Shown here in pieces: positions 1-11,100 of a stretch of DNA of 64,000 nt. This stretch comes from Alphaproteobacteria bacterium MarineAlpha5_Bin5 (GTDB taxonomy: Bacteria > Pseudomonadota > Alphaproteobacteria > HIMB59 > GCA-002718135). The notes under the pieces were generated by a model. That model did no database searches and was not told the origin of the DNA. It saw only the letters and a program-made list of their open reading frames with translations. Position numbers and translations under genes: made by a program. The stretch spans positions 9,354 to 73,353 of the forward strand of contig PTKZ01000001.1 of assembly GCA_002938205.1 (NCBI GenBank), in the 5' to 3' direction. Within the stretch, counting starts at the first letter, position 1. The number at the start of each line of letters is the position of its first letter.

Positions 1-1109
1 TCTTCAGTTGACTCTTCAGCAACATCATCATTATTATTTTCTGATTCTAATACATTTGAATTTTGATCAATTAAATCATTTAATTTATTTTCTAAAACTT
101 CAATTTGATTAACTTGTGAAGAAATTTTTTGAGCAGATTCTTTTAAAAGATTATTTTTTCTAGCTATTTCTTCATTTAAATTATTAATTATATTTTGAAG
201 ATTATCTAAATCTGCATCATTGTTATTTGTTGAAGTATCTGCGCTTGGCGACATATTGTGTAATTCTGAATCTACTAATTCTGTATTTAATCTATTAATT
301 TCATCATCTTTTTCTTTTATTTTTTGTTCAAGATTAATAATATTTTTTTCTGCTTCTTGGAGCTTTGATGCATCATTATTGTTTGAAGAAATATTTTGTA
401 ATTCTTCTTGCAACTGATTAATATTTTCTTCCAATTGAGTTATATGCTGCTCTTGAACTTCTATTGTGTCTTGATAAGCTTCGCTTGAATTAGTTAAAAA
501 CTCTACTGTAACTAAAAGATTGAGATTTTCTTTTTTTAATTCCTCTATCTTTGTTTCAGCAACATTCAGTTCGGAAACCGTTTCATCACTTGTACTTTCA
601 ATTTCTACCTCTCCTGAATCATTATCAGCAATTATCTCTTCCCCAGCTTCTTCAATCTCATCTGTAATTTTTTGTTCCACAATGTAAGGAACATAGCCAA
701 CTTGAAAGCGATAGATACCCTCATCATCTTCAAAAGTAATGACTCCTCTCTTATCAATGTCAGTCACATAAGCACAATTTAAACCTAAACAATCTTTAAC
801 AGACAATAAAAATTTTGTGTTTTCTTCAGATGAGACAAACATCATTCGAGTTTGATTCATAGATTTAATAACACCTTGTAAAGAATAACGAGTGATTGGG
901 TAACGTGTATTAATTGGCTGATCTAATGCTACCTCTCCATTTGCAGATGAGGAAGCTGAGTTTTGACTAAGAATAGGTTGATCTAATTGATCCGTTGTTG
1001 GAATGTCGTTATCAAAAGTAAAAATTGTATTATCAAAAGGATCAGCAGCCATTACTGACTTTGCTGTTAACAAAAAAAATAATAAAATAATTATTTTATG
1101 TTGGCTCAT
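1..1109 (-). CDS. PilP-like pilus assembly protein with long acidic/coiled-coil C-terminal extension (3' end outside window)
   Basis: Not in the ORF track; translated by hand from ATG at 1109 (MSQHKIIILLFFLLTAKSVMAADPF...RYPITRYSLQGVIKS...) and open to the window edge. Directly follows pilO. The YPITRYSLQGVI segment resembles the PilP core. Confidence 0.6.
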   Translation of the reverse strand, partial: MSQHKIIILLFFLLTAKSVMAADPFDNTIFTFDNDIPTTDQLDQPILSQNSASSSANGEVALDQPINTRYPITRYSLQGVIKSMNQTRMMFVSSEENTKFLLSVKDCLGLNCAYVTDIDKRGVITFEDDEGIYRFQVGYVPYIVEQKITDEIEEAGEEIIADNDSGEVEIESTSDETVSELNVAETKIEELKKENLNLLVTVEFLTNSSEAYQDTIEVQEQHITQLEENINQLQEELQNISSNNNDASKLQEAEKNIINLEQKIKEKDDEINRLNTELVDSELHNMSPSADTSTNNNDADLDNLQNIINNLNEEIARKNNLLKESAQKISSQVNQIEVLENKLNDLIDQNSNVLESENNNDDVAEESTE

Positions 1110-1123
1110 TTTATAAAATTCTA

Positions 1124-1741
1124 TCATCGTGTAGGCATTCTGACTAGAGATATTTTTACACTTGCAACTACAGTTCTTGATTCAGTAGTGCTTACCTCTT
1201 CTTTTTCAAATACAATTAATTTATCAAGTTCAGCTATTTCAGATTTTAGCTTCAAATAATCAGGAAATCTTCCTTCTATATCATATTCAACATAAATTTT
1301 ATAATAGTCTACTGGAATACCTGAAACATCGCCACTAGAATCAGCACTTTCTCTAATCGCTTCTTCTTCTCCACGAATTAATCTGTTTACTTTTAAGTTA
1401 TTGCGAAGTGCAGAAAGACTTATGAGTTGATATAATTCTTCTACTTCTTTTTCTGATACAAATAATTTAAATTTTTCTTCACGTTCTAATTCTAATTCTT
1501 CAACTTTTGTAATCAAACTACTTATTTGATTATTCATACTTTCTATTTCTTGCAGTTTGTAATATTTATCTTGAATTAAAACTTCTTGCTCCTTGAAAGT
1601 TGGTCGAATTAAAAAGAAATAAATTATTAAAAAAATGAGAATTAAACATAGCGTTACAATCAAACCTAAATAATCTTTTATTGTCTTTGGCTCTGCGTTA
1701 GCATCTGCATTTTTTTTAGAAAATAAATTTTTTAGATCCAT
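1124..1741 (-). CDS. pilO: Type IV pilus alignment protein PilO
   Basis: Single N-terminal TM, coiled coil, then C-terminal domain with YKIYVEYDIEGRFPDY...IAELDKLI; downstream of pilMN. Confidence 0.75.
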   Translation of the reverse strand: MDLKNLFSKKNADANAEPKTIKDYLGLIVTLCLILIFLIIYFFLIRPTFKEQEVLIQDKYYKLQEIESMNNQISSLITKVEELELEREEKFKLFVSEKEVEELYQLISLSALRNNLKVNRLIRGEEEAIRESADSSGDVSGIPVDYYKIYVEYDIEGRFPDYLKLKSEIAELDKLIVFEKEEVSTTESRTVVASVKISLVRMPTR

Positions 1742-1746
1742 CTTTA

Positions 1747-3513
1747 TTACTCTTCTGTTTCTTCAGGTATAATTTCATTAGCAATGACTGACACTTCGAA
1801 TGATTTAACCTCAATAGTACTTTCCCCTTTAGTTAATTCAGTTACATTCATATTAACTAAAGAAGCTTTCTCTACAGTGTCACGGGAATTTAAAGAATCT
1901 ATCAATTCGATTATTGGACGATCATCCATTGACTGACCTTCTACAACCAATGTGTTATAATCTTGTTCTGAGGTTTTAATGCTAACCAAAAGAACTTTTT
2001 TTGGAACAGCTTGAGTTATTTCTTTAAACATTAAATAACTACTTTTTGAATTTGATTTCAATTGTTGACCCTTCGATAGGTCATTTTCTAAATCTTTTTT
2101 TGCAGAAATAAGTTTTTGGAATTCAGCATTTGATTGTTCAAACTGTTGATTAACTATATCATAGTCTGCTAATTCTCTTTTGTTTTCAGAATATTTGCTA
2201 AATGCAAAAACTCCATAGACAACAATAATCAAAGAAATTAAGCCAGCTGCACCTATGTAAACAAATTTAGAATACATATCTGAACGCTTTTTCTTTTTTA
2301 AATTATCTCTATTAGGTAGTAGGTTGATGTTACGTACTCCAGTGACAAACTTAAAATAACCAAAAACATCTAGTCTTCTTGTTGCCAATCCAATAACAGC
2401 AGTAAACATTGACGGATTTTCCTCTGTGGTAACTTTTTCTTTAAGCTGTTCTGGAATTGTTAAAGTGTCAAAAGGAGAATGAATAGACATTTGGATATTT
2501 TCAAAACCCTTTTGTAATTCCTGCACAACGCCACTAATTGCAGGTAAAGGGGAGACAACACTTAGGCTGGTAATAGGTTCTGTTTTATACTGGTTTTCAA
2601 AACCTGCTAAAGCTTGCTTAATTTGAACAGTGAAGCGGTTTAAAACTTCTACAAGAAGTTGATCCATGTAACCTCCACCCATTGCAGCTGACATTGTTGC
2701 AAGTATTTCTTTGTCCTGAGGACGAATAAATATATCAACAACATAAGGAGTTTCTTCTTGAAGAATTAAAATAAAATTTTCTGATTCACTAATCTCTAGA
2801 ATAGCTACAGGGCCTTTCTTTGCACCAAATGTTGGTTGACTTAAAACTTGTGTTTCAAAAGCATTTCGTAAAGCAAAACAACGAACATCTACAATAACTG
2901 GTGATAAACCAGCCTGTCTAATGATATCTGCATAAAGATTTACATCATCAATTTTAGAGGCAACAAATAGTACATCCATTATGTTGCTTTCTGTGTGTCT
3001 TTTAATTACTTGATGGAAGATTGAGTAATTTTCTAATGCATCAGGTAACTGAGTTAAATTTTCCCACAGTGAATCAGTTGCAATTGCATTTTCTATTTCT
3101 TCATCCGTCATGACTGGCATCTGCAATACCCGAATGATAGCACTTGAGACTGGAAGGGCTATTGCTGCATTACTTGTATCTACTTTTGCGATTTGTAAAG
3201 CTGTTTGAATTTGTTCAACATAGATTTCTGGATTTGAGCGCAGCAGTTCTTCACTACCATTTTCAACATTGCGATAACTAAATTTTGTTAAGGTCCAACG
3301 GTCATTCTGCTCTTTAAGCTGTGAAACTTTAACTGAAGTAGGAGTCACTTCTATCCCAACAACCTCTTCTTGTGAAGCACTATATTTACTTATAATATTG
3401 AAGAAAAAACGACTAATAGGAGAAAACAAACCGCCTCCACTTTTTTTTCCTCGTGTTGGAGCCTTTATTGTTTTCTTTTGCTTATCTTTTTTTTTGCCTA
3501 GTCCAAAAACCAT
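1747..3513 (-). CDS. pilM: Fused PilM-PilN pilus alignment protein
   Basis: N-terminal actin-like PilM (VVGIEVTPTSVKV, AAIALPVSSAIIR, VLFVASK, VDVRCFAL, AVIGLATR). Followed in frame by the PilN NINLLP motif, a TM, a coiled coil and a PilN-like domain. Confidence 0.8.
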   Translation of the reverse strand: MVFGLGKKKDKQKKTIKAPTRGKKSGGGLFSPISRFFFNIISKYSASQEEVVGIEVTPTSVKVSQLKEQNDRWTLTKFSYRNVENGSEELLRSNPEIYVEQIQTALQIAKVDTSNAAIALPVSSAIIRVLQMPVMTDEEIENAIATDSLWENLTQLPDALENYSIFHQVIKRHTESNIMDVLFVASKIDDVNLYADIIRQAGLSPVIVDVRCFALRNAFETQVLSQPTFGAKKGPVAILEISESENFILILQEETPYVVDIFIRPQDKEILATMSAAMGGGYMDQLLVEVLNRFTVQIKQALAGFENQYKTEPITSLSVVSPLPAISGVVQELQKGFENIQMSIHSPFDTLTIPEQLKEKVTTEENPSMFTAVIGLATRRLDVFGYFKFVTGVRNINLLPNRDNLKKKKRSDMYSKFVYIGAAGLISLIIVVYGVFAFSKYSENKRELADYDIVNQQFEQSNAEFQKLISAKKDLENDLSKGQQLKSNSKSSYLMFKEITQAVPKKVLLVSIKTSEQDYNTLVVEGQSMDDRPIIELIDSLNSRDTVEKASLVNMNVTELTKGESTIEVKSFEVSVIANEIIPEETEE

Positions 3514-3700
3514 AAATTAATACTTGCCTTCTAGCTAAATTTTGCTCAAATTACCTCAAAATAATTGAAAATGAACAATTTTATTTTATTGGTAAAAAAT
3601 TCATCCTCTACTTAATCTACTTTTATGTATTATTTGCTACCTAAACAGCTAATTACTTATATAAGTTATCAGTAAAATTGAATAATTATTGGGGGATTAA

Positions 3701-4711
3701 ATGCCAGAAAACAAGGATATATTAATAGATCAATTAATAGAAAAATATACTGAAAATCATAATTTGTCTGATCTGCATATTAGAAGTGATCAGCCTATGG
3801 CTATTCGTGAAAATGGAGAAATTATTACTTTTCCTGATGAAATTGTTTCAGGACACGATGTAAATAAATTTATTAAATCTCACCTTGATACTTATCACAC
3901 TGAAAAATTAGAAAATGACATGCAACTAGATACAGCTATTGTTGTAAAGGGAGTTCGTTATAGAGCTAATATATATCATTCCTTAAATGGAAATTGTATT
4001 GTTTTGCGTAAAATTGAAACAATTATCCCAGTTGTTGAAGAATTAAATATCCCACCTGCCGTTCTTGGTGCATGCGAATATAAAAATGGATTAATTTTAA
4101 TTACAGGACCCACAGGATCAGGAAAATCTACCACCTCAGCTGCAATCCTAAATAGAATAAATTTAACCAGACAAGAAAATATTATTACCATAGAAGATCC
4201 AATTGAATTTATTCATATGAATCAAATGTGTATTGTTTCGCAAAGAGAAATTGGAAAACATGTTACAAGTTTTGGTAATGGATTACGGGCAGCATTAAGA
4301 GAAGATCCTGATATTATTTTACTTGGAGAAATGCGTGACTATGAAACGGTTTCTGCAGCGCTAACGGCAGCAGAGACAGGACATTTAGTTTTGGGCACTT
4401 TGCATACCAATGGAGCACCAAATACTATTAATCGTTTAATAGATGTTTTTCCAGCTGCCCAACAGCCTCAAGCTCGTTCGATGCTTTCTCAATCTCTTCG
4501 TTTGGTTGTCACACAACAATTACATAAGAAAAAAGATGGCACTGGTAGAGTAGGAGCATATGAAGTTATGGTATGTAACAATGCCATTCAAAATTTAATT
4601 CGAGAAGATAAAGTTTTTCAAATACCTAGCATAATGCAAACTGCAATGGCTGAAGGAATGATTACCATGGAAAAATCTGTAGAAAATTTAAGAGCTATGG
4701 GGCAAATTTAA
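3701..4711 (+). CDS. pilT: Type IV pilus retraction ATPase PilT
   Basis: Walker A GPTGSGKST, TIEDPIE, LREDPD, ETGHLVLGTLH and the PilT-type AIQNLIRE motif. Confidence 0.93.
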   Translation: MPENKDILIDQLIEKYTENHNLSDLHIRSDQPMAIRENGEIITFPDEIVSGHDVNKFIKSHLDTYHTEKLENDMQLDTAIVVKGVRYRANIYHSLNGNCIVLRKIETIIPVVEELNIPPAVLGACEYKNGLILITGPTGSGKSTTSAAILNRINLTRQENIITIEDPIEFIHMNQMCIVSQREIGKHVTSFGNGLRAALREDPDIILLGEMRDYETVSAALTAAETGHLVLGTLHTNGAPNTINRLIDVFPAAQQPQARSMLSQSLRLVVTQQLHKKKDGTGRVGAYEVMVCNNAIQNLIREDKVFQIPSIMQTAMAEGMITMEKSVENLRAMGQI

Positions 4712-4722
4712 TTTAAGAATAA

Positions 4723-5346
4723 ATGAAAAACAAAAAAGGGTTTTCATTAATTGAATTTTTAGTTGTTGTTGCTTTAATTGGGGTATTATCGATGTTTTTT
4801 TATACTCCAAAAACAACAAGGTGGAATAATGAAGTTGCAAGTGCGCAATCTAAAATTGTAAGTTTGTTAAAATATTATCAAAAAAAATCAATGCGTGATG
4901 GTTATAAATATTATGTGAATCTTAAACTTAACACCGCACAAGAAACATTTTCTATGGCAGCCTTTGTTGATAAAAATATCACGTCGCGGCAATCAGTTTG
5001 CACATCTAGTACAGATTCAAATTTTTCAGAAAGACGACTTTTTGATACACTAAAAAACATTCGCGTGTTAGGATGTAAAAGCGGCGGCAAATCATGTAGA
5101 AATACAAGCTCTAATAATATGGGTATTTGTTTTTTTCCTAATGGATCATCAGCAGCCGTAGATGATAGGAAAGAATGGTATATATTTCACTCTGCGGGAG
5201 ATAATACAACTCATGCGAGGAATGCATATAAATTTGTAGTATGGAAAACGACATCATTTATAGAAACTTCCACGTGTAGAGGAAATGCAACTTATGCTAA
5301 TATATCTTCCAGAGCACTTAGTTGTTCAAAATGGATAGAAGAATGA
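4723..5346 (+). CDS. Minor pilin, FimT/FimU/GspH-like
   Basis: Class III signal KG|FSLIE; first gene of the minor-pilin cluster; FFPNG motif. Confidence 0.75.
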   Translation: MKNKKGFSLIEFLVVVALIGVLSMFFYTPKTTRWNNEVASAQSKIVSLLKYYQKKSMRDGYKYYVNLKLNTAQETFSMAAFVDKNITSRQSVCTSSTDSNFSERRLFDTLKNIRVLGCKSGGKSCRNTSSNNMGICFFPNGSSAAVDDRKEWYIFHSAGDNTTHARNAYKFVVWKTTSFIETSTCRGNATYANISSRALSCSKWIEE

Positions 5347-5867
5347 GAAAAAAAAATACTTTATATTCTAAAGGGGTATCTATTATTGAGGCTTTATTAG
5401 CTGCTGTGATTGTAGGGATTGGATTTATTTCTGTCTATACAATGACGACAACGGCAACAAGAATGATCTATAGTGCATCACAAAGAGATAATGATACATT
5501 ATCAACTGCTATGATCATGGATGATATGGCCCTGGATAATTTTTCTGTTGCTGATACTGCCTATCATGAATCAATTTCTTCAAGTAAGTACAACAATCTT
5601 GACTTAACAAAAGGATGTGGTGCTGCTCCTACTGGGTCACCAAAACAAAAAGATAGACAAAAAGTTCGATGGTGTAATTTTTTAAAACTTAAAAAAGGTG
5701 GAATGGGTGATGTAGGCACTGGTGATGTAAGGAAAATGTATGTACGAAAAATTACTATTACTGCAAATGGATATGCCCAAACATATAAAGTGATGGGACT
5801 TAGGGTTGAGCATAAATCAAAAAATAGAAATCAAAAAAAATATTATAGAAAAATTATTCATGAATAA
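5343..5867 (+). CDS. Minor pilin PilV-like
   Basis: KG|VSIIEALLA; probable start ATG 5343 overlapping the upstream stop; position in the cluster. Confidence 0.7.
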   Translation: MRKKNTLYSKGVSIIEALLAAVIVGIGFISVYTMTTTATRMIYSASQRDNDTLSTAMIMDDMALDNFSVADTAYHESISSSKYNNLDLTKGCGAAPTGSPKQKDRQKVRWCNFLKLKKGGMGDVGTGDVRKMYVRKITITANGYAQTYKVMGLRVEHKSKNRNQKKYYRKIIHE

Positions 5868-6723
5868 AAATAATTTAAATAAAGGCTTCACACTGCCAGA
5901 AATTTTGGTTTCAACTGCAATTGGAGCTATCATCCTCGCTGCCCTCTTTGTCTCTTTTATTATGTTTCAACGATCCTATGAACTCCAAAGAGAAATGACA
6001 CGTAATCAAGAAAATGGACGAATGACGCTTGATTTTATGGTGGAAGAAATTCGTAATGCTGGATACAGACATTTTAATAAAGGTAGCCCTGTACCAATTA
6101 ATCAAGCAGTAATATTAGAATCACCTACGACCAATTCAAATCCTAGTGGGACACTTCCTCAAGATTGCGGTGAGAAAATTTCAGTCATGTATGACATTGT
6201 TCCAAATCAAAAAGATATGGGTACTTATAATTTCATAAGACGTATTGTAAAATACTATGGAGAACAATATTCCCCAGGAGGAGTGACGGCTTTATCTCGT
6301 TGTCGTTTAAAGCGTCATCAATGTCATTACGGATATGATAGTTCCACAGGAAAATTTGCTCAAATTTCTACAGCTAAAGCTAAAGATTATCCGTGTGAAG
6401 AGGAAACAATTTTAGATTATTTATATGAACTAAGCTTCTCTTTTTCAGATTATAAATATGATCATTTTGCAGGACGACTTAATCCTCTCACAAGAGGAGC
6501 GAAATCTTCGTACAATTATGCAAATTCAGGGTGCATAAATGATTTCAAGAAAAACGTTGCTTGCGGACAATATTCTCCTCGAGCGCGTGCAATAGATATG
6601 CATTTAAGTATTGTATCAGGTAATGAAATTAGTAGCGTTCCCGATGATCCCACCGATAATCCTGATAAGGGCAAACGTTTTTTAACTTATTATAATGCAA
6701 CTATGGTGTTGCGTAACATATGA
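5860..6723 (+). CDS. Minor pilin PilW-like
   Basis: KG|FTLPE; QENGRMTLDFMVEEIRNAGY is typical of PilW; C-terminal VLRN. Probable start 5860. Confidence 0.8.
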   Translation: MNKNNLNKGFTLPEILVSTAIGAIILAALFVSFIMFQRSYELQREMTRNQENGRMTLDFMVEEIRNAGYRHFNKGSPVPINQAVILESPTTNSNPSGTLPQDCGEKISVMYDIVPNQKDMGTYNFIRRIVKYYGEQYSPGGVTALSRCRLKRHQCHYGYDSSTGKFAQISTAKAKDYPCEEETILDYLYELSFSFSDYKYDHFAGRLNPLTRGAKSSYNYANSGCINDFKKNVACGQYSPRARAIDMHLSIVSGNEISSVPDDPTDNPDKGKRFLTYYNATMVLRNI

Positions 6724-7463
6724 TACATATGAATAAAACACAAAGAGGCTTTGCTCTTGTTATTTCTTTATTATTATTATTAATGATGACGGTGATGGGT
6801 ATCACCATGATTGCTCGATCGAATTTAAACACCAACATGTCCGTTGAATATGATAAGTCAGAACATATTTTTATTGCTGCTGAGGCAGGCATAGAGCATG
6901 CAAGACGGTATTTAGAAAATATGTCTTCAAAGAACCAATATCCTGGCAATAACAAAGGTCCTTTAACTGCAACACCTGCAAATAGATGTTTAGCAGATTA
7001 TAAAGATGGACAAGGATCGCCCTATGATACACTAGGGAAAGATAGTGGAAAATATGCGTATACGTTTCCAGCCCAGCAAACAAATGGAGTAGTCTTAAAT
7101 ACTCAAATGTCATGTAAAAATTTAAATTCTGGACAAAATGATAAAAATTTTAGACGTATGGATTGTGAGTTTGATTTAGATAATGATGCAACCTCTAATC
7201 AAAATGAAAGAAACTTTTTTAAAACATTTGGATTTAGTTACTATATTTTTTATGAAGGAGAATCGAGTACTGCAGGAGGGTCTGGTTCCTCAGGTGTGGG
7301 AACAGTTGGGACATCAAGTCAATATGCAGCAAGCAAACAAGATTCAGCATATTATTATCAAGTGATATCCTGCGGGGCTTCATTTGCTTGGGATGGGAAA
7401 AGTCAAAATGCCACTCTAAAACAAATTCAATCTCTGGAAGCAAGAATAAAGCTAGAGAAATAG
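6720..7463 (+). CDS. Minor pilin PilX-like
   Basis: RG|FALVISLLLL lacking Glu5, plus the AAEAGIE motif typical of PilX. Confidence 0.8.
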   Translation: MIHMNKTQRGFALVISLLLLLMMTVMGITMIARSNLNTNMSVEYDKSEHIFIAAEAGIEHARRYLENMSSKNQYPGNNKGPLTATPANRCLADYKDGQGSPYDTLGKDSGKYAYTFPAQQTNGVVLNTQMSCKNLNSGQNDKNFRRMDCEFDLDNDATSNQNERNFFKTFGFSYYIFYEGESSTAGGSGSSGVGTVGTSSQYAASKQDSAYYYQVISCGASFAWDGKSQNATLKQIQSLEARIKLEK

Positions 7464-7547
7464 TTAATGTGTAATATTTATTATGATCAACATAGTTTTT
7501 TTAAAGTGTTAGTATATTGTTATTTTTATATGGTAGAATGTTAGCTT

Positions 7548-8114
7548 ATGAAGTGGTGTATCCTTATATTTATCATCATATTTACAAACCCGCTTTTAGC
7601 AAAGTGCAAAATTGACACGCATGCATTTGGCACTTCTGCTAAAACAATTCAACAATCGTTAAAAGATACATGGATTACTTCTGAGCCCATTCCTGGTGTT
7701 AATAAAACAGTTGGAACTAGTTTAGAATTAATATGCCCAGAGCTTAAAGGCTCTTCATTAGGAATGGAGACAATGTTTATCTATAATTTTATTAAAGATA
7801 AATTAGTTGCCATTGAACTAGTGTTACAAACAACGGATAAGCTTGAGTTGTTTGAATGGGGAAGACAATATTTTGGTATTATGGAAGAGCGTGATTTAGC
7901 TAAAGCGGAACAAGTTATACGCGTAGAAGATGGTAACCGCATTATCCAGTTATTTGTTGGTGTATTGCCTGATGTGACGTTTCAAAATGTTGTATTAATT
8001 TCAACAAAACATGATGATCTTTTTGAGTATCAATTTCAACAAGAAGATAATATGAACTGGGATACAAATGAAATATCTCCATTAGAACCAATTACTCTTG
8101 GAGAGGAGAACTAA
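7548..8114 (+). CDS. Hypothetical secreted protein
   Basis: Signal-peptide-like N-terminus; stop overlaps the pilY1 start (TAATG). Confidence 0.7.
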   Translation: MKWCILIFIIIFTNPLLAKCKIDTHAFGTSAKTIQQSLKDTWITSEPIPGVNKTVGTSLELICPELKGSSLGMETMFIYNFIKDKLVAIELVLQTTDKLELFEWGRQYFGIMEERDLAKAEQVIRVEDGNRIIQLFVGVLPDVTFQNVVLISTKHDDLFEYQFQQEDNMNWDTNEISPLEPITLGEEN

Positions 8115-11100
8115 TGCGCTCTATTCTCATCCCTCTCATAACTGGAGTACTACTCTCTTTTCCTATTTTGGCTAAAGGACCCCCTCCTGGAACAGGAGTA
8201 GGAGATGTAAAGGCCAACATCATGATTATGCTGGATGATTCAGGGAGTATGAGTGCCAGAGATCCTGCGCCAGGAATGTCTCATTGCACTTATGCTGTGG
8301 ATGTTGCTAATAATGGTGACATATTTACAGCAGACCCTTGCTATCACAAAGTTACCCGCCTTGATTCTGCTTATAAAGTTAAATCAACATTCGGTGGATC
8401 ATATAATTGGTATAGCAATGTAAATGGTATCGCAGCCTATTACCAACCTTGGTCCCTTGCATTGGATCAAGCGGACAGTACCGATGAGTATGTTTTCGTA
8501 GGCCGCTATCATGCAAGAGGAGCTGGAAGTTTTGGATCAAGCTCAAGATATAGCACAATCCTTAAAGTGTGCACAGGTATCACCACAACAGCTGCCTGTC
8601 CGAAAGCTGGAACACTTGTCGCCGTTAACGACAAACAAAACAATCAATACTATTCTATGGGTTTGGCCGTCCAAGGAAACTATGTTTACAGCCTATCCCA
8701 TCCACATATGCATATTCAAAAATACAATAAATCTGATTTAAGTTTTGTTACAAGTAGAACTAACATAAGGCAACAGGATTTTAATAACCGTTTTAACTAC
8801 AGATATGATGCCATTGCAGCTGTAGGGGACTATGTTTATGTTTCAAATTATAGAATTAGAAAAATTTGCCGCTATAATGCGTCTAATTTAAGCAATGCTA
8901 ATTTTTCAAATGGACAACATTGCATTACTTCGCCTAATTATCAATGGAGAGGGCTAGCTGCTTCAGGGAAAACAACCACATCAACGGCTGATGATTTTTT
9001 ATATACATGGACTCATAGAAATTCTCAAGGAACGATCCATAAATTTAATGCAAATTCCGGTGCCTTTGTTACGCGTTTTGCTCGAAGAGGTACCTCCACT
9101 GGACAAACCTATCATATCTATAGAGGAATAGGGGTTGATCCAAGTGGCAATGTATATGTTCCTGAGGCGGGATACTCTAACAGAACATGGGTCTCTAAAT
9201 TTACTAGTGCAGGTACATATGTATCACGGGGACCCAAATCAGCAAATCAAGGCAACAGGATGAAAATAGCTCATACGGCTATTCGTGCTATCTTAAAGGA
9301 CCCTGATTTAACGGCGGGGGCCAATTTTGGCATTATGTCTTGGGGATCAAAGTTTGTCATTCGCACTAAAATTTCTCCAAAAGGAGCAAATCAAATCTTA
9401 AATAAAACGCTACGGAAAATTTATCCAAGGGGCGGTACATATTTAGGAAGAGCAATTCAGCATGTGCGAACACGATATTGGCATAAATCAGGTGAAACAC
9501 CAATAGATCTTGGGGCAAAATGTCAGGGCAATTTTAATTTAGTCATTAGTGATGGGGCATACTGGGGAAGCCCGACGCCTGAACAGGAAATACCTAAATT
9601 AAGCAAACACTCCACAATGCCGGTTAAAACATTTATTGTTGGTCTTGGAAATTCTATTTATGGATATTCAAAATATACCACACTTGCTTCTTCAAAGTAC
9701 GGGGATACAACTCCACCAGGCCCTCTATTTGCTAATAATGTTACAACATTAACCCAGCAATTACGCTCTGCTATTTTAGCAGCCATTAACGGTAATTTGA
9801 CATTTACATCGCCAAAGGTTGATTTTAGCTCGACGCCAAATGGGTATATATGTCAACCGTCCTTTAAATATAAAGAGGCTGATCAATGGCAAGGACTGCT
9901 TACACGTTATGAAATTAAACAGGATGGTAGTATTGATGATCCAACAGGACAAGATCCTAATAAAACAATTCGTTTCCATAAAAAACTGGATGGTCGTTCC
10001 TCTTTAGTCACTAACTCAAACGGGCGAAAAGTATGGACTGTTGATCAGGATATTGAAAACCCAACATCAGGTGTTTATAAAAATAATAATTTTGATCCCG
10101 AGTATTCTACGGGCAGTCAAAATTTAGTAGATGCAAGCACGTATAATCTCATGACGGGTGGGGATACTTTACTAGGAAAACGTGATGTTGCGCGTATCAT
10201 GCGGTTTATGCGCGGACAAGATATGTTTGATCAAGATTCAGATTGTAAAAATATTAAAGCGATAAACTTTAATAATAAATGTTATACAGAAGATAAAGGC
10301 AGTACTGATGCGCCTTTACTTTATAAACTCCATGATTTGTATAACTCCGTTCCAGCCTATGTGGGTCCTCCTACAGCTCTAGCTTCTCCGGATATCAAAA
10401 ATACGGAGAACGAATATCGATATCAAAATAATTATGCAGCTTTTAAAAACAAACATAAAAATAGAAAGAATGCTTTAATCATAGGATCCAATGGAGGCAT
10501 GATTCATGCTTTTGATAATGGATGCAAAACAGCAAATGCTACCTGTACAACCGCATCTAATCCAGGTTCTGAGTTATGGGCTTTTGTACCGCCTTCTATT
10601 ATCCAAAACTTTAAATATATTGTTACCCCTCAAAAATACACAAAGCTTGATGCAGATGTAGGTACTAGTGATACAACTCTTACTGTTAATAGTACTTCAA
10701 ATTTCTCTAGCTCGGGGGAAATACGTATTAACAATGAGTTCATGCGCTATACAGGTAAAACATCTACAACCTTTACCGGTGTCACAAGAGGATATGATTG
10801 TTCAAGCAACGCACCATTCTGTGATGATGCAACTGCACATTCATCAGATGATATTGTCTATAATGAAACAACGGTCAGAAAACCTGAATATTCTGTATTT
10901 GGTGTAGATGGTCCTATTGTGGCAAAAGATATTTATACAGATGGAAACTGGAAAACAATTGCAATCGCAGGCTATGGTAAGGGAGGACGCGGTTTAACTG
11001 CTCTTAATATTACTAATCCTGATAATCCTGTTCATATGTTTAGCATTCTTAATGAAATTCAGGGACCTGGTTTATCTAGAGCCATTAAACTTTGGCAAAC

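Noticed and set aside
220-417. 65-aa plus-strand ORF, and the many other short ORFs antisense to or nested within long genes (e.g. 3976, 8511, 13877, 15797, 17359, 18976, 32633, 43803, 58282)
   Set aside because: They shadow well-supported genes and show no motifs or RBS.
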